A program made the position numbers and the translations under genes. From Folioceros fuciformis (Eukaryota), in contig JBNGIO010006303.1 of the NCBI GenBank assembly GCA_049999805.1, positions 435,047 through 455,046 of the forward strand: DNA of 20,000 nucleotides, given 5' to 3'. The notes below the pieces were generated by a model. The model worked only from the letters and a program-made list of their open reading frames with translations. It was not told the origin of the DNA and made no database searches. Shown one piece after another: positions 1 through 10,700 of the stretch. Within the stretch, counting starts at the first letter, position 1; every line of letters starts with the position of its first letter.

Positions 1-2628
1 GCTCCCAAACATGAGTATCCTGTGTGGTCGATTAAATATGGTCTGCTAGGATTGTCATTTTTTGTTTCTTTTGAGTCACAATGAAGCATGGGTTATGTAT
101 GTCGTCGAATGACTCGTGACTTCCAGTAGTGGAAAACTTTTGTGTCGCATGCTGATTGAAGACCGCACAGTATGAGTCTTTATCGGATGTTAAGCCATAT
201 GCTAGATATGTTTCAGTTCATGCTTAGTGTAGCCAAAAAAACTTGAGTGGAAGCAATCCATTAATTGTGCAATATACAGCAGATCGAGTATCCCTTGTCA
301 TTTGCTGTGAACATATGAAAATACCTCCCAAGACCCAGCTCACTCAGAAGGAGGTCTTGGTTGTGTGTTGTGGATATTTCATGAAATTTAAGCCTCTATA
401 GCAGTGTATATACCTAACTACGTATATGATATATTTATCTGCATACAGAATTTTGTTTCCTAGTATGTATGCATCTGTAGAGTCGTCACCTGTGCAGAGT
501 CACGCTATTTAGTTCTGTCATGCTTACTGTTGAGTACCTGCAACGAGGAACTTGCCAAAAATCGTGCAGAGAACTTGGAATTGTAACAAACAATTCATTT
601 ATACCACCTGTAGAGATAGCCTTGCACTTGTATTCGTATTATGTTGTCTGTTTGTCATGGCACTCACACAGCAGGCAAACTCAAGAGCTATACTTCTTTA
701 GGTTGGACACTTATAATATCAGTGCTTGTGTTTTTATCCTGGTTTGCTGTACTTGAAGCGCAGTAGCTGTAGCATTGTGTCCCAACTAGCAGAGTGATAG
801 TGATGAACTTAGTGTAGATGCATCGACTAGTTTGGGATCATGCCTGGTGAAATTAGCTACGAAATTTAAGGTCTCACTTGAATGTAAGCACAAGGCTGGA
901 TATAATTTTGCACAAGAAGGAAAACTGCTTTGGTAGCTGCTCAAGGACAAGATCAGGTCAGGGATGTTCCACCCTTACAAGAAAAAGAGACTTGCCATGG
1001 AAGACGAGTTGTGTGGTGCACTCCGGGCAGGTGGTGTGTTTTGCATATTTCTTGGGTACATAGTGATCTCTAATCCTGAAAGAACTTAATTTGAAGTCAA
1101 GTCTTAAGAATGCAAAATGGAGGATTACTTGAGTCAGTATCAGTTTGTGCTTACTGTTTTGCATATGTGCCTGATTCTTGTCTGATTTCATGTCTTGACG
1201 TTTTCACCCAGGTGACCCACAGATCTGTTTCCATGTTGTTAAAGCTGTTAGAACTTGAAATCTGTCAGGTTTGCAATGTGACCCCACTTGTGTTGTGTTT
1301 GAAGTGTTCTCTCAGCCTTCTCTCACAAAGAGAAATAGACCGTTATTTTTTCTCCGAAGTGCTGGAAATGGAAACTGTCATGTGCTGTCCTGCAGTGATT
1401 GTTGGATGTTGGGTAGATCAGAGTGCCTGCCCAGATTGGACATTGTTCCTCCAGTATGGAGGAACGTGACTTTAACGTTTTACTTCCAGTACGAGTAGCA
1501 TCGTTGTACCACCGAATAGCATGCGGAGACAGTGCACGTCTGTTGTTATTGTGTCGTGTTGTTTCACGCTTTGTGCGTTTTAGATGAGGGTATGGTCTAC
1601 AGCTCACAAGATGTGTGTGTAACAGTCTGTGTGTATGTTGTATGAGTTTTTGATAAAGTAGGTCATTTTTGTCAACTGTCAGGTTCATGTACGGAGGTTG
1701 GTGGTCGTAGTACATGTCCTATGTTAACTTTTTGGGAAAGCTTCGTTCAAGTTTAAGCACCAAAGTCTGAGGTGTCACATGTTCACAGTCTTGTGGATTG
1801 GCGTGTCGCGACATATTGTTGAAGCAATTGACCGATGAGATCTGCTGATGGGTGAACCGTCACATGTTTGCTGAAAGCGCTTACAAAGTTTGTGCATTGT
1901 ACATGGCGCTGGGACTGCTAGATTTGTTGATTGAAGAACCTTTTTGTAGTCTTGTTTCCTGTTGCGTGGTTCCCTTTCTTGCATGCAATTGATCAGTACA
2001 ATACTTAGTGCATTGAATTTGAAAAAGATAATTGGAAAGGATTCCTTTAGGAGATTCTCCTATTTGGATGACCAAATAACCACATCAAGGTGAATGGTAA
2101 TGAGGGACCAACTTTGTATTACCTTGTAGATTCAGTGGAAGCTTCGGATGATGCTCACAGGTTCCCCACTTCATTTTTACTACCATGTCCCTGTATTACC
2201 ATGGTTCTCGTTGCTCCACTGCAGTGGAAGAGACCGTGTGCATTGCATTATGACACTTCTTCCGGCTCATGGAGCTTTCTAATTTGCCACGCATCCGTTG
2301 CTTTGGTGGAGCAATTTGGAGGTTCCTCCATCAAAGTAGCACGTCAACTTGTATATGTGTAGTCTGCTCTCTTGACAATGGAGATTCCAAATAGCCATTA
2401 GTCCAGTGTATGGCCAAGTAGTTAAGTTACGACAGCTTGGATTGAATGCTTGCTTTGAACTGATCTACAGTCAAAATATGTGAACCTGAGTCTAGGGCTT
2501 CCTTGCTCAAGTCTTGTCTGTTGTGTTATCTGACTCGTATTTTGATGCGCAAGGATTTGAATATTAGGGTATCTGCGTTGGCAGGCCTTTTCTAATTCAA
2601 ATGCATTCTTTATTCTGTGTATTTGCAG

Positions 2629-5340
2629 GAACCGCCTACAATGGCAAATGGCCAGGGCTCAGGTGATAGTGACTACAAGGGTGGAACAGAAACTTCGAAG
2701 TACCCTGGGCAAGATAATCACTTTCAAGCACCAATTGCAGCTTCTCAAGATCAGTTTAGGCCTGCACTGGCAGAAAGCAAACCTGCTGAGGAGTGGACTG
2801 TCCATGAGGCTCCCAATGGCAGGCCTTTCTATTACAATCCAGCTACAGGAGCTACTCAGTGGGATAAGCCCGCTGCTTTGATTGCAGCAGAAGCAGCACA
2901 ACATTTCAACCAGGCGCAGATGCATCACCCTTCACAGTCACAGTCTGGTCCGGTGCATCTGCAGTCGTCAGGGCCAACTCAAATGCAGCAGTCAATTCCA
3001 GGTCAAGGGTTGCATGGTCAAAGTGGCACAAGCCAGCTGCCGCAAGCTGTTTCTGTCCAAGTGAAACAGGAAAACCTGTCTCCTCAAGTTCACCTTACAC
3101 AGCCTGCCCAAAGCCCAGCGCAACAGTCGGTGAAGGGGCAGATGCAGCCTCTCCAAGGACAATTGCAGCAGCCAGGGGCACAAATGCAGCAATCTGCACC
3201 TTGTCCCCTGCCACATACCATGCAAGGTTCTCTAATGCCCCGCCCTTTACCTCTTCCATTGCCTCGTCCTGGTCAACTCCACGGGTTGGCCCCAATTCCG
3301 CACGCGATGCAGCATCCCTCTAGAGGTCCTTTGCCTCAGCCAGTGTCGCAGCCACATTTGATTCCCAGACCAGTTCAGCCGAACCCAGTTGGGGGCCCTC
3401 CTGTCCAAACACATCCTATGACGCAAACCCCACACATGGCTTCTCAAGGTTCTGCACCTTTGTTGGCGGCTCCCCCCCACACACTACAACAGCCACCACA
3501 TGGGCCGCATGGTATATGGCAGCACATTTTCTTGTTCTGAAATTCCTGAATGCATACTGTCCATTTGTGTTTGTTGCTCAGCTCACTTCCTTTTTGATGT
3601 CCTCAGTGTCTGCACCTCCTATAATTCATCAAAGACCTCCTGTGCACACACCCCCTCCATCAAAGCCTCCAGCCCCTGTCTCAACCTCTGCGCCTACAAG
3701 TGGCCCTCAAGGTACACTTCGAAGTAGACGTGGTTTTCTGCTGCACTGGTAGGAAAATGTGTTGACCAGTATTTGATCTGCAGGTGCAAATTTGTTTGTG
3801 TTTGGTATTCCTGAAGATATGGGTGATCAGAAACTCAAAGATTTGTTCGCTCCCTACGGCACTGTTTTGTATGCAAAAGTGGGAGTTGAGAAAGAGACAG
3901 GGCGAGGGAAAGGCTATGGTAAGCAATGTCTGCTTTTGTCTTGGTAGTGCCAGTTACAGTCGTATTCTTCAATGATGTGCGTATCCATAGTCAGCCCGGA
4001 CATATTTTACGAGGAAAGCAATTTCAAGTCTTAACCGTGAGGGCCAATCTAAGTAACTCTCCCTTCTCACAGTTTTGCCTTCCCTTTCTCTATCTCAGAG
4101 AGAGGTCTTTCGTTACTGGTGATGGTGCTTGCGATATTGGTAGTTTGCAGGTGAAATTGGTGCCAGCTTCCTGGATTGATTTTGTTATGTCCTTTCCGGA
4201 ATGATGGATGTTACCCGAGATCTGTCTTACAAACCAGTACTGTGTCCTGTCTTTTTAACACCAGTGAGTGAAGCTCCGTATGGCTAGTTGTCACTGCTTT
4301 TAGATTCTGGGTAGGACTTCAACCTATTGCAAATTCATGTTGGGTTGTCCACAAATTCTATCGTGAAAATGCCATAGCAAGTGTTTCATATCTCCAGCTC
4401 CATGATCGTCTGCTTGGGTAGCAGCCGTGAAACCCTTGCAGCAAGGGGTTGTGTCAGATGGGAATAGCCCATTCGTACTGGGAATCAGCTGGTTCTCATT
4501 GTAATATAGCCCATTGACAAGTTCACCAGTATTTGTTTAACCCAGGGTCTTGGTATTTTGTTACTGCATGGGCCCATAATGCAAGACATGGACCCTATGT
4601 AGTAGTAGTTTTAAAGTACGACACAAGAGGAGCACCGTGATTCATCTTCTGTAACTTTGTGCCGTGTTGTCTTCAGTCATATCTTGCATTTGTTTGTCGA
4701 AATCATTGCAGTTGTGTAGTGAGATATTCTTTAAGCTTGTTTTGCACCTTAGAATGCTACTTCATGGCGGGTAGACGTTACTTTGTGTTGACTTGTTATT
4801 CCGTGTATGCTGTTAGCTGTATCTCAGTATGCTCAGGAAGATGTCAGGGGTCATGGCTTGAATGATTTGTAGTTTTGTAATCACTCTGTTCGTGTAACAT
4901 TGTGCGCTTGAATTAATCTTGACCAGATTCCTGTGATGCATGGTATGTATCATGGGGACTGTCCAGATTATCCGCCTGTAGTCTGTGCTTTGGTGAGCAG
5001 TAAGACGTGTTTGAGTCTTTCTTTGGGTGATTGGTGTTCTCTCTGTCCTTTTTGCTCTTAAAATCCTAGCCTGTTTGGTCACTGCATTTGATGATCTTAA
5101 GCAGGTTTTGTATCAATGGATTCTTCTAAAGCTGCTGAGGCAGCCATCCAGCAAGTCAATGGTATGTCCCTTTCGGGCAAGCGTATCAAGGTGGAATTGA
5201 AGAGGGGAGAACATGAGCCTCATCAACAGCAGTCTCATCAACAGCCTCATCAACAGCAGCCTACACAGCAGAATCTTTCAGGGGGTGTTGGCCCTACTAG
5301 ATGGCATCACAGTGACAGTAGAGTGTATCGGCCTTACTAG
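2629..5340 (+). CDS. FCA/CELF(Bruno)-like RNA-binding protein: WW domain + Q/P-rich low-complexity region + C-terminal RRM (probably 5'-partial)
   Basis: Exons 2629-3511, 3607-3711, 3784-3918 and 5105-5340 are joined by GT-AG introns (all phase 1) into 453 in-frame codons ending at TAG 5338-5340. WW: EEWTVHEAPNGRPFYYNPATGATQWDKP. RRM: GPQGANLFVFGIPEDMGDQKLKDLFAPYGTVLYAKVGVEKETGRGKGYG|FVSMDSSKAAEAAIQQVNGMSLSGKRIKVELKR, matching the CELF RRM3 pattern (GPEGANLF...GFVS...AIQ.MNG...KRLKVQLKR). The protein ends RVYRPY. An acceptor (tatttgcag) lies at 2628 and the first ATG at 2641; upstream exons probably lie outside the window. Confidence 0.9.
2788..2871 (+). other. WW domain coding segment
   Basis: W-x(n)-G-R-P-F-Y-Y-N-x-x-T-G-x-T-Q-W-D-K-P signature with both conserved Trp residues and the terminal Pro. 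Confidence 0.92.
5218..5262 (+). repeat. Imperfect 12-15 bp coding tandem repeat (yCTCATCAACAG[CAG]) x3 encoding PHQQQ-SHQQ-PHQQQ
   Basis: cctcatcaacagcag tctcatcaacag cctcatcaacagcag cct, read directly. Confidence 0.75.
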
Positions 5341-7770
5341 TTGTTGTAAGGCTCATGTATCCCCATATTCAAATCCCTATCTAGTCAGTGAGACCGTGGA
5401 ACCCAGGTTACACTGTAGGCACCTGATGTAGGGAGTTGCACCTGCTTACAAGGATTGTCTTGTTTGGAACCTTAGTGCCCACCTCGACTGGTATAGTCTG
5501 CTGTAGGCAATGAATCAGTGATCACAGTAATAGGGTAGATTGCAGGTCATATAGGGCAAGTCTCAGAACTAGAACCTTATCTCCCCTCCCTCTAATCCCT
5601 CCAGTATAGACGGAAAGGATTCTCTTCTTTTATTTGTATGTAGCCAGTCCTTTTACTTGCGTGGGATTTTGGTCCTTGGCTGACAGTCCTCATAGGTGCA
5701 AAATTAAGAGTCTGGTCGTTAGATCAGTGTACATATTACAGAGAGTAGCATTGTGGGAGCTGCTGATGCCTCGTTTAAACTTGTTTAGGGTCTCCAACTT
5801 GATCTGCGTGTAGGCTGATTTTGGTTGAATTATGTTCCGGTAGTTTTCACATCTCAGTCCTTCAGCTCCTTTGTTGATATCCTTCATCACGGTGCTTTTG
5901 CAAAAATCATGTCTTACTGGCTATCAAACTACAATGTGCTAACCGCTGGAAGATTTTTGTCCGAACTCCTAGGATACAGCTGGAGGATGAAACAGTTGTT
6001 AGGGTGTGTTGTCACAGGGATTCCTGAGACCAGGTGTATGGTTGCACCTCACTGTAGTTGGCCGTGCCCTTGTTTTGTGGACTTCTTTTGCTATTCCAGC
6101 AGTACTTAAAGAAGTTGGCTCACACTGTCCAGTTATCGGAGTTAGTATATGCAGCACTGCCACTTTGTTGTTCCTCTGTCTCAACATCCGTAGTTTTTGA
6201 CAGGACCTGATTTGAGGCTGAAATGTAATGCAGCCTGTTGGAATTATATTTTGGTTTCAAACTCATGGATGATACAACATTAGTGTGTTTGGTAACTGCT
6301 TTGTACTTTACCTAAGCTTGGACGAAGTTTGTGAAGATAACTCATTGTGAGGTGCGTCCTCAGAGCGATGGTGTTTCGTGAGATTGTCTCATTTTAAGGT
6401 TCTTTTACCGCATTTGATACTAGATCTTGAGTATGTGAGAAGTGTGTACGTGGGCTCTGAGGAAGGTAAGCATATATCACGTCCAATTTTGGGGGTTGGC
6501 TGCTTTTATTTAGGGGAGGTTGGTTCTTGACAATTTGGTTGCTACCAGCTTCATAAAACTCACCGCATGGTGTTTTAAGAACGTATGGGTGCAACACAGT
6601 TTTCTGCCAAATTGGATGAGCAATAGCCTGTCAACATGTTTGCCCTGAAGCGTTTTCAGATTTCTCATGAGGTTCGGGTCCTAGGAGTCTTGAATTGTGG
6701 AGATGTATCCCTCATGTTGTAGTTCCATTAGGGTTTAGGGTGTTCACCCGGTGATACATTGGCTTGGAATTGCTACTGATTTATTGAATTGTAATTGTTA
6801 CTATTGAGTTTTGTTCCAGAGGTCCTTCAGGCCGTTCACCCTTTCTAATATAGCGCCTCTACTGTTTACAGAGTTGTGGTGGACCTTGTCCCTGATCATT
6901 CCAAGATGGGAAACTTGCCAGGTGCGCCTGTAATGTTGGCAGATTGATGTCAACGTATGACACTCTGACGCTCGGAGCGGCCATTGTTCCTAACCTGGCC
7001 AACCCTCTAAAAGTCAGGTGCAGGCTTGATTTTCATGTATAGCTGGAAAGTGATTCAGTTTTTCTTTTCTGAAGGTGTTGCAGTGGCTTTTCTATGGAAC
7101 TTCTTCCCTAAAAACTTGCCGAAATGCCCGTGAGCAATTGGATTTTTTCATGTGGAAGCAATCTTGTTGCAGCCCTGATATGTTGGAATGCTGCTGCTGC
7201 TTGTGCAGGAACTAAAGCAATTAGGTGTTGTGGGTTTCGTTTCGGCCTGGACGGAGCGACGTGGAGTTTCAATGTCGGTGCCTGAACGGCAATTACCTTT
7301 TCATCGTCTGGCGCGCTTTTCAGTCGTCAAAATCTGACCACGTACATGTTGTTGGTTCAGGAAGTCTCCAAAGGACACAAACTGACGTCAAGCACCGACA
7401 GGACTAAGAGGAGAACTCTTTGAAGTTGGGGGTTTGTACGCTCAGGAAAGCAAGCAAGCGTCCATGGATGATTGAAGTCGGATTTCATCTCAAAAATGTA
7501 CATGGCAACCTTGCGGGAAAGTGAACAATTGTCGGACAGGCTTTGCCCCATGAATTGATCCACGTCGCATAATATTGCTATAAGAGCTGCTGTGAACCAA
7601 TGTCAAATGCAAGCCGACTTTTGCATGCCAGCGTTAGGCAGAAGGAAGCTGTTGCTGTAACAGAGCCGAGGTCGCAGCACACTAGCTGCTATGGAAAAAA
7701 TAAAGCTAGGAGAACTATTGACAAAATGTAATTTACAAAAGGAAATTTCCTTCCACAGCAGCCCTCGCTG

Positions 7771-10700
7771 TTACCTCGTTCTTAAGAATCCCCGCACATC
7801 AGACAAAAATAAGTACAAATTTTCCCTGAACCTGCGTCTATTCGCCCGATCCAAAGATGCCGTCACCTGATTCGAGTTTAACAGAACGTGAAATGCCGTG
7901 GCCAACCGGCTTTGAAGCACGGCATTCTGTTGCCCCTCTAGAAGTTCTTGAGCGAATCTCTACACCGTAGATAGAAAGCATCAGTACTAAGGATGGGCAA
8001 ACGAGCCTTTGTGTACAAACTGACAGTCCAATTTTCACCTGGTAAAGAGCAGTATTGCACAAAATCAAGGGAAGAAGCGCATCCGCGGCAGGCTCCACCA
8101 ACTCATTACTATCAGACATAAGAACATCTTGGTCCGTCAGTACCGTCCAGCGCTTGGTTCTGGAATAAACCTCTGAAACAGCACACTGACCTGTAGTCCT
8201 CGAAGAGCAGGTATTGCAGCACTGCCCTAAGGAAATGGGCAAGAACGCCCTCCTCCACAGCGCCATCCGCTCCCTGCTTGTTGACAGCATGCAAACCAAG
8301 GCCCTCTTTCCCTGCACAGATCTCTTGATAGTGGTAGAAAGCTACGGCGTTGAGCGCTGTTAATGACATGTTCACAACTTCGACATCCTGTCGACAAAAA
8401 ACCATGAGAGCGTTCATCCTGTAACAAGAACAAAGTACACACCTTTCCAACAGTGAAATACCTGATGCCTTAGGCCAAACTCCAGAGTAGCAACAATTCG
8501 AGAGAATCCTTCTACCGATAACTTCGCAACCTTTTGTGGATATACTTCCAGCATGTGTGCAATTAGTGTAAAATACTGCAACCACAGCAAACAAACGATC
8601 TCAAACACTTTTCCTAGTGAATGTGTTCATGTATCATATATGCATTCACAAAGACTATCTGCACCAACCTGGCGGCAAAGTTTTGGGTACTTAAGCAAGT
8701 CTACGGATAGCAGTGGAGTAACGATGTGCAAACCAAGGTAGACTACCTGAAGAACAGACCCCACAAGCTTAATTCATACGAAAGTATCCAAGAGCTTATC
8801 ACTTTTTCCCCGCACAAAACAACTGCACGTCTCGAGACACACACCTGTGCAACATCGGAATTTTCATCCTCCCCACTGTCAGAAGCAAAATCAACCTGTC
8901 ATGACACAAAACCCAAACAACATCCCATCATGACTGTTGGAAACGGATTTAAGAAACAACACTACAGTAAACCAGCGTGACTGTATATCGAACAGTAGAA
9001 CTACCAAATCCTTTGAGCTCAAATTTGTAAGAAGCTGCAGCAGAGCCCTCAGGTCTTTGTACTTCTCTTTCTGGCTCTCGCTCAACAAATTCACTGACGG
9101 GGAGACTGAAACCTTTTGACAAACGAATTTTCAAACCGCATTTCCAGAGTTCAGTGTCAAGACTGGTAGAGAATGTAGCCTCAATTGGGTTGATACCACA
9201 TCCCAGCCATGCAACGTCACTAATTGCAATGCCCGATTAAAACTTGCATGCCTTCACATCCTCCTTTTTTCTATAATGTTTAAACGACGTACCTTCCCAA
9301 TATTGTGGACAGAGTAGACCTCAAGAAGGCGAACACAAAAGCTGAACAGAATGGCCATTTCCTTGGGCTCCAAAAACGCTACTTGCCCATCAACCCAATC
9401 CACTACATATTTTAGAAGCAAATAGACTACAGATGACTGCCAAGAAAAATTTTAAGTCAGCACCACTGCATTACAAAAAGCTAAAAGGTTTCAGGAAACT
9501 CTGATCAGCAACACCCTGACCTGGTTCTTGTACGTTTGCAGCAACACAAGCAAAGGCTCCATAACCGCAGCTCCCATCTCAAAAATGGCTTTCTGGCTGC
9601 GAGGAAGGGTTGCCCTTGCAGCCCCCCGAAGCATTTCCATTAAACAACTCACCTGCAAGATAGACGGGACAACACTCGTTGGGTACAGGTTTGTGTGTGA
9701 ACAAAGTGGTAGACCATGACAGGTTAAGGGCCTTCAGGAGGTACAGGTTAAGGGCCTTCAGGAACAAACCATTACCTGGTGAATAGAATCTGGTTGCTGA
9801 GAGCAGCTTCGCAAGTCTTCTCTTTTGGACAAATCTGCAATCCTTACAGCGATGGGTCCAAGTAGATCTCTGACATATCTAAAAAATCAACACCCAAAAT
9901 TCAACAGCTTGAACGTGAAATTGAAGACGACCAGTTTAAGAACAGATATTCCTAGTAAGACTAAGTACTCACTGATTGGTTGCATCCACTGTACTCATGC
10001 CAGCTGCTGACCGGCACAAAACCTCTGAAAGTGCTCTCTGTCCACGTTCAACATGCGACAGCGTTTTACAATAGGAACACAACGATGTCCCAAAGTAGAT
10101 GACATCGAAGATCAACCAGTAGTAAAAATCATGAACCTGGGTTGCAGCTGCAAGTCCTGGAAGCGCAGGCTGCTGATAAGCGAAGGCGTGTGCAAGCTCT
10201 TGCCACGCATCCTAGAAAGAATGAACATTATAGGAGAACTCCACCGTGTAGCTAAAACTGAGAAGACCTCACGGACATGTACCCTTCACATCTCAGTACG
10301 TTATATAGCGCTTACCATAGTAACCAGATGGACACATATATTGCGGCGCTGAGCCAAATGAGGCAGTAACTGAAAGGCAGCAATCTCCTGCACTCAACAA
10401 GAGCCGCTTGATGTTATGACTAATTATACGTTCAAATGTTTCTATTGTCATCTGCCTGACTTCATGAAGTGACATCTGCAACAGGTGAACACCTGAAAAC
10501 AGAAAAAATGAAAACAAATTCCTGACCTGCAAATTTCTTTCGCCTGGCCATGCAGTTAACGCAGTGAGTGTAACACGAACAAGGACCTCAAGCACAGCCT
10601 TTCCTCCACCCTGTTCTCCGAAAGCAATATTAAGGGCATTCCTTCCGTCAAATTGAGCACTGGATGCAACAATCAGGTGTTGATCACCCTCATGCCCAGA

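Noticed and set aside
798..870. GTGATGA box-C-like motif (possible intronic snoRNA); similar ATGATGG at 4201
   Set aside because: No box D (CTGA) at a suitable distance, no terminal stem and no evident rRNA antisense element.
520..2362. Numerous 60-130 aa ORFs on both strands
   Set aside because: Cys/Val/Leu-rich or Lys/Thr/His-rich translations typical of UG-rich intronic DNA; no domains and no coherent exon chain.
4431..4475. Small hairpins (cccttg/caaggg; atggg/cccat) in the long RRM intron
   Set aside because: Stems of 5-7 bp are expected by chance, and there is no miRNA-like long foldback.
9645..9660. CAG|GTGAGT junction resembling a recursive splice site
   Set aside because: GTGAGT encodes the conserved V-S of the exon VSCLMEMLRGAA, so coding constraint explains it.
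9719..9763. Direct repeat considered as CRISPR-like
   Set aside because: Only two copies, a 3-nt spacer, a eukaryotic intron context and no cas genes.
10489..10526. Strong-looking minus-strand acceptor (ttttctgttttcag) within XPO4 intron 19
   Set aside because: Only about 34 nt from the donor, too short for an intron. The 10387 acceptor gives the conserved EIAAFQLL peptide.
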